Shown here: in pieces, positions 13,207-23,875 of the stretch
Layout: each line of letters starts with the position of its first letter
Numbering within the stretch: position 1 is the first letter of the stretch
Virus record (IMG/VR): IMGVR_UViG_3300047320_000099
Coordinates: 6,791 to 70,790 of that record
Strand: one strand, 5' to 3'
Source: a virus
Length of the DNA stretch: 64,000 nucleotides
Notes under the pieces: generated by a model
Told to the model about the DNA's origin: nothing
The model's input: only the letters and a program-made list of their open reading frames with translations
Databases searched by the model: none
Program-made: the position numbers and the translations under genes

Positions 13207-13238
13207 AGCCGCCCCAAGGGATTAACCAAGGGGCGGCT
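13207..13238. terminator. GC-rich stem-loop AGCCGCCCC...GGGGCGGCT
   Basis: 9-bp stem immediately after stop codon 13203; no strong U-tract on the + strand. Confidence 0.45.
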
Positions 13239-13325
13239 CTCAACAGACCAATGATGAGGAAAGTTTTATCGCCCACAATCACCCGGTCTGTCAATCCTCC
13301 CATTTCATGTCAAATCTTAAACCAT

Positions 13326-13354
13326 TTGACTCCTTTTGACAATTTGACTATAAT
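13326..13354 (+). promoter_or_regulatory. Near-consensus sigma70 promoter overlaid by three TTTGAC repeats; likely leaderless transcript
   Basis: TTGACT-17-TATAAT; ATG 6 nt after the -10 element. Confidence 0.75.
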
Positions 13355-13360
13355 ACCACC

Positions 13361-13609
13361 ATGCCACGCAAGAGAACTTGGAAAGTAATCGCTTGGCCCG
13401 ACCTGCCTGATGGGCACCCGGTATCCGAAGTTTATTACGATCTACAATGTAGCTGCGGGAGGGAGGCGTACTGCCCGATAGCTGAAGGAGGCATCATTGA
13501 AGCCAGATCAGGGATGGCCCTGTTCTTTGACCCTAAAAACCCTCCACCGCCATTCTTTCGACCCAAAACAATAAAGTGTCGGAAGTGCGGTAGAACCTAC
13601 GAACGATAA
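13361..13609 (+). CDS. Zn-ribbon protein
   Basis: CSCG...CRKCG. Confidence 0.6.
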   Translation: MPRKRTWKVIAWPDLPDGHPVSEVYYDLQCSCGREAYCPIAEGGIIEARSGMALFFDPKNPPPPFFRPKTIKCRKCGRTYER

Positions 13610-13612
13610 GCC

Positions 13613-14428
13613 GTGTACGGGAAATACTTCGCATCAACCTTCACTGGCTCCATGGTTGGAGCTGGACCCTGTACCTTTGCTGTGTGGGGCTACGTCATCG
13701 CCAACTGCAAGAATGGAACCGTGGAGATAAACCCGACCATTCTGGCGGCCATCCTTGGAACCACGAAGGAGGAGATTGAGAAGGCCATTGAATACTTGAG
13801 CGCTCCCGATCCAGCATCAAGGAGTAAGGTTCTGGACGGGCGGCGGCTTGTCAAAGCCGGGGCCTTTTTCTACGATGTTCCCAATCACGCGACCTACCGG
13901 GGGATCATTAATGACGACGAAAGGCGCGAATACTTCCGCGACAAGAAGCGGGAGCAGCGAGAGCGTGATGCTAAGGCTAAGGATGTTACCAAGCCAAGAG
14001 AGAGGTTGTCTTTGACAGTCAAAGACAAGTCAAAGGTGTCCACACAATCAGAGGCATCCTCATATGCAGATGCAGAAGCAGATCCAAACGAATCTAAGAC
14101 CAGTCGCGATGAGATCGCGACGGTGGATGAGAATCCCCTTTTTTCGGAACCCGGAGAGTCGTTAATGATTTCAATCTATAATGCCTACCCACGTCCTAAA
14201 ACAGGGGAGCATAAGGCGGAAGCCCTGAGAGCCATGGATCGTGCGGTTTTGCGTCTCATTAGGGATTCCGAGCATGATACTGAAGAGAGGGCGTTGGCCT
14301 ACCTTTTGAAGCGAGTCAAAGAGTATGCCGACAATACCGACGTTCAGTGCAAACTGCTTCTTGATGCATCGAAGATTCCGATGGCCAAGAGTTGGTTCGA
14401 TCAAGAACGCTATCTCGACCTTTTCTAA
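13613..14428 (+). CDS. Phage replication initiator/replisome organiser-like protein (paralog 1)
   Basis: N-terminal wHTH-like region, basic coiled linker, C-terminal YPRPK..KAEALRA...IPMAKSWFDQERY. Confidence 0.65.
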   Translation: MYGKYFASTFTGSMVGAGPCTFAVWGYVIANCKNGTVEINPTILAAILGTTKEEIEKAIEYLSAPDPASRSKVLDGRRLVKAGAFFYDVPNHATYRGIINDDERREYFRDKKREQRERDAKAKDVTKPRERLSLTVKDKSKVSTQSEASSYADAEADPNESKTSRDEIATVDENPLFSEPGESLMISIYNAYPRPKTGEHKAEALRAMDRAVLRLIRDSEHDTEERALAYLLKRVKEYADNTDVQCKLLLDASKIPMAKSWFDQERYLDLF

Positions 14429-15015
14429 TGACCCACGGACAAAAACTCATGACCGCCTTTGCGGAAGTCCTGCTCAATAGGCGGGGAATCCGCGACTATC
14501 GGCCAAGCTGGCTCTTCGGAATGGAGATTGACCTGTACTTCCCCGAACTCGGCTTCGGGTTGGAATTTCAAGGGGACCAGCACTACATCCCAGTTTATGG
14601 AAAGGCCAACCTCGATTCCCAGCAGGCTCGCGATAAACGCAAGAAGGCTCTAGCGCGAGAGCGCGGCGAAGTCATCGCATGCATAGATACGGCGGACCTA
14701 TCGGCGGATCGGATCAAGATGAAGCTGAAATGGGCCAGAAAGGAAATGCGGGGTGGCTGGAAGATAGCCAACGCCGAAGCCGCAAAGCATCTGGACGCTG
14801 CGGCTAAATCTTACAGGGCCACCATTAAGGCCAATTACCAATCCCCGAGTTCCTTCAAGAAAAAGTCAGCCGCTCGCGTTATTGAAGAGCTTGAATCTGG
14901 AATCCCACTCACGCCATGGACGCATCGCAAACTCAGCAAAACCCAGACCGGTCAACGGTATCTGAAAAAGATCGGAAAGACTTCGATCCAACTAACACCC
15001 AAGAAGTCTGGATAG
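14428..15015 (+). CDS. Vsr/DUF559-like PD-(D/E)XK endonuclease
   Basis: EIDLYFPELGFGLEFQGDQHY...QQARDKRKKAL. Confidence 0.7.
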   Translation: MTHGQKLMTAFAEVLLNRRGIRDYRPSWLFGMEIDLYFPELGFGLEFQGDQHYIPVYGKANLDSQQARDKRKKALARERGEVIACIDTADLSADRIKMKLKWARKEMRGGWKIANAEAAKHLDAAAKSYRATIKANYQSPSSFKKKSAARVIEELESGIPLTPWTHRKLSKTQTGQRYLKKIGKTSIQLTPKKSG

Positions 15016-15054
15016 ACCCATGGCGTTAATCCAAATAACCAACAGACTACAATT

Positions 15055-16681
15055 ATGGGAGACATGGCCGATTTCTACAACGAGCAGATCGAGGATGAAG
15101 AGGAAGCCCGCGCCGACTTCTGGAGTGGCCGCATGACCATGATAGAGGCTTATGACCGAGGCATTACGGATGAATTCGGATTCGTTACCTCTGCTTCTTC
15201 AAAAACCGTAACCAAAACCTGCAAATGCTGCGGAAAGACAGGACTGACTTGGGCACAATTGGATGGCAAATGGCGGCTCCATGAAGGTCGCGAATTGCAC
15301 AATTGCCCCATAAATCCGCTCCGTGGTTAATGCCAATAACCAACAACAGACCTATGAACAAATACAAACTAGCCGCATTTATCCGGTTTGAGACGGACAA
15401 GCCAATCGAGCATCACGATCAGAACACCATCGAGAATGGCGCTACGGACAAACTAATGATCGAGCTTGAGGGCTTTCTGAAGAAGCGTGGGATCACAACC
15501 AAGATTCTTTCAGACTATGGAGACTTGGAGGAAACAGACTGATGAACATCCAAACATCCACAGCCAAAGTCTACCACGGCGGCAATAGGCGCTGGCTTAC
15601 CAAGAAGGCAGCAGAGAAAGCCGAGGCCCTTATGTATCTCATACTGGACCATATCCAGAAACCCCAAGCAGACCTATGAAAACCGACCCTGAAAACTATC
15701 CCCGATACGTCCGCCTCGGGAAAAATGGCCCAGCCTTAAAGGGCGGAAGATCCAGCTACTACCGGGATGCCGGTGAATGGAGCATTACCCCTACTTTTAA
15801 GAACGGAAGGCTTGAGGTGGGCGAAAAACAAATCTCTGAAATGGCCCATGCTATCGGAATGGAATTAATCCCCTGCTCTGAAGAGGAGTGGAAAGAAAGC
15901 AACCTCGGCTACGTTTAATCCATGAGACTCTCCACCTTCAAAACCATAATCTCCACCATGAACGAGCGCCTCGAACACGGCTGCGGAACCCATGGCTGTC
16001 AGATTAAACAACCAGGAGGCCAAGCCGTAAACATCCAATGCCGCTGCACCATCCGAGACTTCTCCAAAGACCTCTGGTGGGTTCTGGAGCAGATGGACGG
16101 CAAAACCCAATGGGAGAAGGAAGACCAATGAAGCACGGCGATATCGCAGTGGGAAAGACCTACATAGGCAAGTCATGGAAGGGTGGAAGCCGAAAGGTTC
16201 TCAAAATCATTCATGACGAGGAATTCAAGGTTACCATCGTCATTTGCACGGGTGATTGGGGCTATGACAAAAATGAGATCTACTCCCTGAGTGGCTTCGC
16301 TTCTTGGGCCAGAGAAGAATGTGAGGAAGAAGAATGAAAACCATGGGCTCCATCACCAATGAACTGATCCAGCAGCGCTACAAATACCGCGAGGAGATGC
16401 TCAAGATCGCCATCCTCCGCGCTTGGATCATAGAAGACTGGCCCCGCGATAGGCTCTTCTGGACCGCCCTGCACGACATCAAGGACGATTCATGCATCGA
16501 TGTCCGCGAAGAACTGGCAGCTCACGGCTATATCTGCCGCTACAAATCCATGGAGTGCCTACTCTGGCGCGGGAAGCACATCCTGACATGGGATGATTCC
16601 ACCTTCACCGCCTACGATGATCCTCAATTCAAACTGCCTGAGCCAAACCTGATCTACCCCGTGGATAACTGGAGCATATGA
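15055..16681 (+). CDS. Small hypothetical genes (15055-15330, 15354-15542, 15542-15679, 15676-15918, 15922-16131, 16128-16337, 16334-16681)
   Basis: Coupled ORFs, several preceded by GACCWATG. Confidence 0.6.
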
Positions 16682-17052
16682 AAACCAAGAAAACCTATGC
16701 CGAAATGAAGGAGAGCGGCGATCTGGACCGCCTCTGGGAGAAACGGAAGAAGAAAGCCCTGGCTATAGGCTTAAAACGCTCTGTGAGCCTCAAGAGGGCC
16801 TCTCCGATCAAAAAGGTGAGTAAGACCATGGCAAGCAAGCTGAAGCTCTACAGTGCCCAGCGTAAGCTTTTCTTGGAAAACCATCCGATCTGTGCCCTGT
16901 ATGGAACTCCCGCAGTAGATGTGCACCATATTTTCGGGAGGGGGAAATACCTGCTCGATGAATCAATGTGGCTCGCTGTTTCAAGGGAGGCCCATGATTG
17001 GATTCATAGCCACGCCAACGAGGCCCGCGCCAAGGGCTATCTCAAGTTCTGA
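16678..17052 (+). CDS. HNH-family nuclease
   Basis: HPIC...DVHHIFGRG...WLAVSREAHDWIH. Confidence 0.75.
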   Translation: MKTKKTYAEMKESGDLDRLWEKRKKKALAIGLKRSVSLKRASPIKKVSKTMASKLKLYSAQRKLFLENHPICALYGTPAVDVHHIFGRGKYLLDESMWLAVSREAHDWIHSHANEARAKGYLKF

Positions 17053-17128
17053 AAATAATCGAAATGATCCTTGCAATCCCTTAACTAGAGGTCAAGGATA
17101 TGGCCGTTAATCCAATTAACCAAAACCA

Positions 17129-17437
17129 ATGAAATACCGAGCATTTACCCGTTTAATCGTCCAACTTATCCCAGAAGCCCAAGAGGAGGTATCCCCCGGA
17201 GGCATCCATCTCCCCGAGAGCTTCCACCAACCCCGAAACATCGCCTACGGGAAGGTTCTGGATGGCTTCTTCGCCCGAGAGGGAGAAGTCCCCACGGAGA
17301 GGATCGACGGCAATGGCCTATCTTTCATTGAAAGGGGAGACACCATCGCCTTCAGTAAGGCCGGGGCTATGAACGATGGCAAAGGCATATTTTTCCTGAC
17401 CGCAGACCAGGTACTCGCTGTTGTGGAGACTGAGTAA
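17129..17437 (+). CDS. groES: Co-chaperonin GroES-like protein
   Basis: RLIVQ..SPGGIHLPE..GKVL..GDTIAFSK..DQVLAVVE. Confidence 0.8.
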   Translation: MKYRAFTRLIVQLIPEAQEEVSPGGIHLPESFHQPRNIAYGKVLDGFFAREGEVPTERIDGNGLSFIERGDTIAFSKAGAMNDGKGIFFLTADQVLAVVETE

Positions 17438-18267
17438 TGGAAATCATAATCCCCTCCTCTACCGGGCACTGGTACGACATTGCTTCGGGAGAAAGCCGCC
17501 ACATGGTCCCTTACGCCGATAAAAAGCGGAAGGGCGAGTTTCGAGCGGCAACTATCAAAGATGCAAAGGCCAACGGCGGATGGGCTCCATCGGTAACCTC
17601 CATTCTCAAGATCATCGACAAGGAGGCGCTTACCATCTGGCAGGTCCAACAGGCCATCCTGTCCGCCTTAACCCTTCCAAGGGAGCAGGGAGAGATCGAC
17701 GATGCGTTCGCTAAACGCGTAGTAGACGACATGAAGGCCCAGACGCGGAAGGCTGCGGATAAGGGAACGAAAATCCACAACGCCGCCGAACGCTTTCTTC
17801 TAGGGAAGCCCATCTATCTTGAGCCTGAGCTTAATGATCTGTTCTTCCCTCTAATGAACTGGCTGGAGCAAGAGGTGGAAGAGGTTATTATGGCCGAGGA
17901 AGTCCTGATTCATCGAGATGAACAATATGCAGGGACTGTGGACCTCATAGCGGTCCTCAAATCCTACGGACCCACCATTGTAGACATCAAGACCCAAAAC
18001 GTCAAAACCAAGCCCGTCTTTTACCAGGACTGGGGGCTTCAGCTTGAAGCTTACCGCCAAGCCTACCAGCACTCGTTTCCAAAAGCCTCCCCTGTTGGCC
18101 TTATGAGCCTCGTGGTGGGCTCGGAGGAAGTTCGGGAACCAGAGTGTCACCAATGGCCAGAAGAGGACACAGAGGCCCGCATAGAAGCTTTTGCCGCTGC
18201 CCATACCCTCTGGAGATGGGCCAAGCAATTCCCGAAAATACCAATCGCACCGCTAGAGCAGTTTTAA
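17437..18267 (+). CDS. PD-(D/E)XK exonuclease (phage recombination)
   Basis: PSVTSIL, KGTKIH, YAGTVDL, IVDIKT, QLEAY motifs. Confidence 0.85.
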   Translation: MEIIIPSSTGHWYDIASGESRHMVPYADKKRKGEFRAATIKDAKANGGWAPSVTSILKIIDKEALTIWQVQQAILSALTLPREQGEIDDAFAKRVVDDMKAQTRKAADKGTKIHNAAERFLLGKPIYLEPELNDLFFPLMNWLEQEVEEVIMAEEVLIHRDEQYAGTVDLIAVLKSYGPTIVDIKTQNVKTKPVFYQDWGLQLEAYRQAYQHSFPKASPVGLMSLVVGSEEVREPECHQWPEEDTEARIEAFAAAHTLWRWAKQFPKIPIAPLEQF

Positions 18268-18280
18268 CCAAGGAGAAATC

Positions 18281-19081
18281 ATGAGCCGCAGCCAGCCAAC
18301 CCAAACAACCCAGAACCCCGCAACCCGATGGATCACATGGTCCGGTTCCCGAGGGGTCTTGGAATTCTACAACAAAGATAAGAAAGAGAACGTCGAGATC
18401 GGAGATAAATTCTCCTTCCTGCTTCTGGATACCCTCGCCTCCATCCGGGGCTGGCATGAGTTCTCGGAATCCGCCATCTATTCCAACGAGGTACGGGATA
18501 CCCGCGCCGAGCGTCTAGTGGTCCGCGCTTTCAAGGGAGGAATCCTTGCCGAAGGATTCTACTCAGATATCAAAGACCGGATTGTAGCGGCCGGAGGAGG
18601 CTACAACTCCAATCTCTACATCGCCTATCGAGAGGCGGGAGAGATGAAGATCGGGGCTCTGGTGCTGAAAGGATCGGCGCTCTCGGCTTGGATGGAATTC
18701 TCCAAGGCCAACCGCAAAGCCCTAAATGAGGGAGGGGTCCAGATCAACGGCTCCACGGATGGAAAGAAGGGGAGCGTAAAGTTTAAGACCCCCAACTTCC
18801 TGCCTCTGACCGCTACCGAGGAAACCAACGACGCGGCCTGTAAGTTGGACTCGGAAATCCTCCAGCCCTACCTGAAAGCCTATCTGGCCAAGAATAAGAC
18901 CGAACAGGTCAAGGATGAACCCGAGATGGAAGATCCCGAAGTCGAAGCCCGCAGGGCTCAAGCGGCAGAGTGGGAAGCAGCCCAGGAGGAAGACCGCCGC
19001 CAGCGGGCCGGGGGAGATACCAGGCTTCAGGAGCTGGCTCAGCGGGAGCCTCACATCGACGACTCGGATATACCCTTCTGA
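18281..19081 (+). CDS. SSB/ssDNA-annealing-like protein
   Basis: Follows exonuclease; acidic tail DDSDIPF; SD AAGGAG. Confidence 0.65.
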   Translation: MSRSQPTQTTQNPATRWITWSGSRGVLEFYNKDKKENVEIGDKFSFLLLDTLASIRGWHEFSESAIYSNEVRDTRAERLVVRAFKGGILAEGFYSDIKDRIVAAGGGYNSNLYIAYREAGEMKIGALVLKGSALSAWMEFSKANRKALNEGGVQINGSTDGKKGSVKFKTPNFLPLTATEETNDAACKLDSEILQPYLKAYLAKNKTEQVKDEPEMEDPEVEARRAQAAEWEAAQEEDRRQRAGGDTRLQELAQREPHIDDSDIPF

Positions 19082-19166
19082 TACAACGACTTATGACTCT
19101 CGCGGCACCCTAGGGGAATAGGGAGGGTGCACGCGTCCATTATTACCATTAACGAAAGACAGACCA

Positions 19167-19493
19167 ATGAAAGTAATCGGAATTATCGTATCGACCGCCA
19201 TCGTGGGTGTAATCGGAGCCTACTTGCACGCCTATCTCATCACCAAGATGTATGCGTGGTTTATCTGCACGGCCTATGGTGTGCCCCCTATCGGTATGGC
19301 TCATGCTTATGGTATCGGGGCGCTCCTGATTTATCTAACCCATCAAGACATTTCAGAACTAAAAGAGGATAACGATGATGGCTTTGGCCTTTCACTTGCC
19401 AAAGCGGCAGTGAAAATAATCATCCAGTTTCTCATTTTTCTCGGAGTCTCATGGTTCGTATATTCAATGTTCATTAAGGGGGCGGCTCAATGA
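19167..19493 (+). CDS. Small membrane protein
   Basis: Three hydrophobic segments. Confidence 0.6.
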   Translation: MKVIGIIVSTAIVGVIGAYLHAYLITKMYAWFICTAYGVPPIGMAHAYGIGALLIYLTHQDISELKEDNDDGFGLSLAKAAVKIIIQFLIFLGVSWFVYSMFIKGAAQ

Positions 19494-20956
19494 AAGACCT
19501 CTACCTAGAACACAAGGCCAAGCCAAGGCCCGCAAAAACAGAGGAGTTCATCTCCCATTGCATCTCCTGTCTGGCCTCTCAGGGCCTCCAGGTGGACCGT
19601 GAGCGCGTTCTGGCGGCTCTGGCTATACTGGATGCCCGCAGACAGCATCCGAGGACCGCTATGAGCCCCTGGCAGATGGCCAATGGGACCATCATGCAGC
19701 CTACCCTAGAGCAAGAGCAGGTCTGGAATTCCATCTCTGATCTCTTCGCAGAATCAGAAAAACAGAGAAAGATAGCTATGGGAGAGATCAAACCTCAATC
19801 GGAACAGGAGAAGGAACAGGTCCATCAGGCCCTGGAGACCATCAAGGAGTTTGTAGATCTGGAGCCTGACGAGCATCAGACCAAAGCCAATAAGCTTCTG
19901 AGAAAGAACTTCGACGAACTGGCAGGAGGAGGGTTATCCCTCCGAGAAGGGGTAACTCTCACTGTCCAGGATGCCTTGGAAGCAGCGGGCATAGGCGTCC
20001 AGCAGTACAGCGCAGCCGGGAAGTTCTCCTCCTCCACCTTTCTAAGGTTGGGGGATATCCTGAATGCCGTGGAGAGCCAACACGGGGAGATCTATACCCA
20101 GGTGGTGGAAACCTCGGGAAAGTCTTTCGGACGCTGCATGCAGGCTCGAATGACCTCCAAATACTACCCAGCCAGAAAGAGAGCGGAATTAGACCCCCAA
20201 GCGGTCCTCTCCGATACCCATTGGACCAATACCTGTGTCAAGACCCTGTCCGATGAGGATAGAGAGTCTTTGATCAAACTGGCAGTCAAACGAAGCTCAA
20301 CCAAAGAAGCAGTCAATTGCGACTACATCAAGCAGATGGCCTCGGGGTTGCAGAAGATCCCGGCAGACATGCGGGCCGAGGTGCTGGAGGATATGGACTC
20401 CAAGATGGAAACCGCCAAGGAGGGACTGAATCTCCTGCGGCATAACATCCAGATTCTGGGAGGGGAGACCGGGGCGCGGAGGCGGTATCTGTATATCTGC
20501 TATCCACAAGAGGCAGAGGGCACGGCCAGAGAGTTGAAGTCCTATCCCGGATGGCAGAAACTCACCAATGACTACAGCCTGAATCTGGCCATGGAGGCCG
20601 ATCTGGTTATCTACCTACCATCCCTGAAGGTCATGGAAGGCCCGGATACCTTCACGGAGATCCTCTTCCAGTACGTCAGCCCTGAAGTGATCGAGGCAGA
20701 CCCTAAGCATCCTCTGGATATAGAGGTCTATGCGGACTATCGGATTGTGGAGGATGGCCAAAACCATCCCGATCATGCAGGCTGGATGCCTACCTTCCAT
20801 GCCGTAGGCACCAAGAACGGAAAGGCTGATGTCTTCCAGATTGTAGGGGCGCAAACCCCCAAGGATGCATTGGAGATGCTACGGAAGCTATTGAAACTCA
20901 CAGATGGCCGGGACAAGCTGGGACGGCTTTACCAAATTAAATCAGATCCAGAATGA
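19490..20956 (+). CDS. Hypothetical 488-aa protein
   Basis: Long coupled ORF; no motif recognised. Confidence 0.7.
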   Translation: MKDLYLEHKAKPRPAKTEEFISHCISCLASQGLQVDRERVLAALAILDARRQHPRTAMSPWQMANGTIMQPTLEQEQVWNSISDLFAESEKQRKIAMGEIKPQSEQEKEQVHQALETIKEFVDLEPDEHQTKANKLLRKNFDELAGGGLSLREGVTLTVQDALEAAGIGVQQYSAAGKFSSSTFLRLGDILNAVESQHGEIYTQVVETSGKSFGRCMQARMTSKYYPARKRAELDPQAVLSDTHWTNTCVKTLSDEDRESLIKLAVKRSSTKEAVNCDYIKQMASGLQKIPADMRAEVLEDMDSKMETAKEGLNLLRHNIQILGGETGARRRYLYICYPQEAEGTARELKSYPGWQKLTNDYSLNLAMEADLVIYLPSLKVMEGPDTFTEILFQYVSPEVIEADPKHPLDIEVYADYRIVEDGQNHPDHAGWMPTFHAVGTKNGKADVFQIVGAQTPKDALEMLRKLLKLTDGRDKLGRLYQIKSDPE

Positions 20957-21322
20957 AACAAAAACCACTACAGCAATCCGATCTGGAGATGTGGATGAAC
21001 GAGAGTTTCCAGATGTATGCCTGCAATACGGGCGTAGATCGAAAGAGCCTCAAACTCGCCATCAACCACTTCGGCGTAGCCCGTGTCACCTTGGGGGCCG
21101 AGATCCTTTACGAGGGCAAGAATGTCACCGCAGCCATTGCAATCTACAACGAGAACATATGACCGCTAACGAGACTGATTTTCTACGTGAACTACGGAAG
21201 CTCTTCAAATCCTATGGAGTGAAGTTCGTTACATCTGACTATGACGAGGGTGTATGCATTCAGGGAGAAGAAATCTTCCTCTATATTGAAATGGTCCAAG
21301 AAGAACTGAAACATCCTGCCGA

Positions 21323-21781
21323 ATGACTGACTCAATTTCTGATCTAATTCTGAATGAATTTCCACGAAAGGAAGCCCGAGGGCCGGGACGCAAGGCGGTC
21401 CTCAAGGCCCTCAAGCTGACCATGAAGGAAGACGGAACCTGCCTCCTGGAGGCCGTGGAAGCTCTTCTGAGGGCCACTGTAGCCTTCCGCAAGCATCGGG
21501 AGTACATGGAGACCTCCGGCAAGTCCGAGGCTAAATTTACACCAATGCCTGCCACGTGGTTCAATCAAGAACGTTGGAGGGATTTTGAGGCATGGGAGAT
21601 GCCCCCTGTAGAGAAACAGGACAAGCTTACCCAAGAATGGGCAGAAGCCAACTGGGGGCCGATCCAAGAGGCTTACGGGATCAAATTTGGCGATCTACGC
21701 TACTTCTGTACCGACTGGACCAAAACCCTCGACAACCTCCCGGCTGCGGTCCGCAGCGACCTAAAAGCATTAATGCAATAA
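21323..21781 (+). CDS. Stand-alone initiator C-terminal-like domain (possible helicase loader)
   Basis: FPRKEARG...FTPMPATWFNQERW resembles the C-termini of 13613 and 60290; lies upstream of DnaB. Confidence 0.55.
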   Translation: MTDSISDLILNEFPRKEARGPGRKAVLKALKLTMKEDGTCLLEAVEALLRATVAFRKHREYMETSGKSEAKFTPMPATWFNQERWRDFEAWEMPPVEKQDKLTQEWAEANWGPIQEAYGIKFGDLRYFCTDWTKTLDNLPAAVRSDLKALMQ

Positions 21782-21796
21782 CGAAAGGAACAGACC

Positions 21797-22132
21797 GTGA
21801 CCGAAGAACAGCTAATCCTTAATGAAAAGATCGCCAGGCTCAAGGGCTGGCGGCAAGACCTGGATACGTCAAGCTATTGGGTAGACCCCGAGGGTGTGTG
21901 GGATTTTCCGGGAATTCCAGATTGGTGTAATGATAAAAACCTCATGCACAGAGAGAAAGAATCTTTGACGGACAGCCAGTTCCAAATCTTCGAAATAGCC
22001 CTGAAATTCGTGATGCATCGCTCCCTGTTTGTTCAGGGACGGCTTCTTCTTGGTATTAATCTCCATATGGCTACCGCCATGGAAGAGGCGCAAGCATTGG
22101 TTCTTACACTGGAGGGAACCGTAAGGCCATGA
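21797..22132 (+). CDS. Phage ABA-sandwich-like protein
   Basis: NEKIARLKGW...PDWCNDKNLMH...ATAMEEAQALVLTL. Confidence 0.5.
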   Translation: MTEEQLILNEKIARLKGWRQDLDTSSYWVDPEGVWDFPGIPDWCNDKNLMHREKESLTDSQFQIFEIALKFVMHRSLFVQGRLLLGINLHMATAMEEAQALVLTLEGTVRP

Positions 22133-22552
22133 ATCCACTAACCGTCGCTATTGTTTATCTCCCCTGCATAGCCTCTGTAATTGGAGGAGCCTACTGCGCC
22201 GTAAACCATGTGGACGGCTGGGGTTGGTTCCTGTTCGTTGCCGTCCTTTTGGGCGGCGTTTCGTGGAAATCTGAAAGGAAGGAATCAGAGTGACCGAAGC
22301 ATTCATCAATGTATTCGCAGGGGCCATTATAGGGGCAACGCCATTTGCTATTCTTTGGGGATTTGCCAGCCGCCGAGCGGAGGACTGGAAAGATCTGGCC
22401 TATCGGATGGACAAAGAGTGCGAGAGAGCCCAGAGAAGTAGCCAGGAACTCCTCCATGCCTTCGATAGGATGAAGGGACTATATATGGAGCTACGCTTTC
22501 GCCATCTAGAGGAAGAGGCGGACCAAAGGGATGATTGGTGGAAGCACACTTC

Positions 22553-23875
22553 ATGAGCATCCCCGAATCCCTCGATACCGAAAGAAGCTTTCTCTGTGCG
22601 CTCTTCCGTGCTTCAAAACTCGTCGATACCTTCAAGGATCGACTCAAGTCCGAGATATTCTATTTCTCCCCGCACAAAACGATCCTGGAGGCTATTGTAG
22701 GGCTCCATAACTCAGGAAAGGCCACGGACTGGGTAACGGTCTCTGCAGAGCTACAGAAGGCTCGTATGCTCGATTCCATCGGCGGCTTTGCCTACCTCAC
22801 GGGGTTGGTGGAATGCTTCCCCACGGCCTCCTATGCCCCCCAACATCTAGAGATCCTGATAGAACTGGCCCATAAGCGGAAACTGATAGGAGCCGCGAAT
22901 GATTTAGTAGAGGCCGTTAATGGAACTAACGAGGAATTACAGGAAGCCTGCAAACAAACCATCGAAACCATCAAGGATTGGAAGGAAAAGGTTGTCACGG
23001 GACCGGACGATCCCACCGATACCAAGGGATGGCACGATTTACTGGATTTACTGGAAGCCAGATACGACAAAACCCTCAAAGGAGAGTTGGAGGGAGTGCC
23101 TACGGGCCTCCACTGGATCAATCAACTTTCCCAAGGATTTCTCAGAGAGACCTTCTACTATATCTGCGGCCTCCCGTCAGAAGGAAAGAGCGCTTTGCTT
23201 TCCCAGATGGCCATTGCCGCCGCTAGAACCCTGAGAGCAGACGGCAAGTACCATAAGGTTCTGATCTTCTCCTTGGAGATGTCGGAGATCAAACTCAGGG
23301 AGCGGATGCTTTCCCAAGACCGAGCCATATCCTCGGGGGCCCTCAAGGCTGGCCTGTACTCTGAAATGGACTTCCAGCGATTCACCGATACCATCAGCCA
23401 TCTTCGTCAGCAGATATTCATCTACGCCCGAAGAATGACGGTTTCCGATATCCGAGCTGCTATTAAACGAGGTCTGGCCAAGCACCCAGACATCGATTGG
23501 ATCGGGGTGGATTACCTCCAAAGGATAACCCCTGAAGCAAGGCGCAAGAACGCCAGCAGGGAACAGGAGGTAGCCCAAGTTTCCGAGGATTTAAATGCCC
23601 TCAAGATCGAATTTGGCATCCCCATCGTATGCTGTGCGGCTCTGAATTCAGATCAGGAGAAGCGCAAAGGAGGTAGGCCGTCCCTGATGGACTTCCGAGA
23701 TAGCAAGTCTGCCGCCTATGATGCTGATTTCGTTTTAGGGCTCCAAGCGGAGCCAAATGGTCCCGATCTAACCCGTGAGGTGATGTTCCATATCCTCAAG
23801 AACCGGGATGGAGGACTGGATGAGAAGAAGTATCAGTTCAGTAAGCGTTTTCTTCTCTTTCAGGAGCCAGAATAA
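22553..23875 (+). CDS. dnaB: Replicative DNA helicase, DnaB family
   Basis: N-terminal DnaB domain, GVPTG, Walker A GLPSEGKS, FSLEM, VDYLQ, RPSLMDFRDS, KNRDG. Confidence 0.95.
   Translation: MSIPESLDTERSFLCALFRASKLVDTFKDRLKSEIFYFSPHKTILEAIVGLHNSGKATDWVTVSAELQKARMLDSIGGFAYLTGLVECFPTASYAPQHLEILIELAHKRKLIGAANDLVEAVNGTNEELQEACKQTIETIKDWKEKVVTGPDDPTDTKGWHDLLDLLEARYDKTLKGELEGVPTGLHWINQLSQGFLRETFYYICGLPSEGKSALLSQMAIAAARTLRADGKYHKVLIFSLEMSEIKLRERMLSQDRAISSGALKAGLYSEMDFQRFTDTISHLRQQIFIYARRMTVSDIRAAIKRGLAKHPDIDWIGVDYLQRITPEARRKNASREQEVAQVSEDLNALKIEFGIPIVCCAALNSDQEKRKGGRPSLMDFRDSKSAAYDADFVLGLQAEPNGPDLTREVMFHILKNRDGGLDEKKYQFSKRFLLFQEPE

Noticed and set aside
17437-18267. Cas4 call for the exonuclease
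   Set aside because: Lacks the four-Cys Fe-S cluster; context is a phage recombination module
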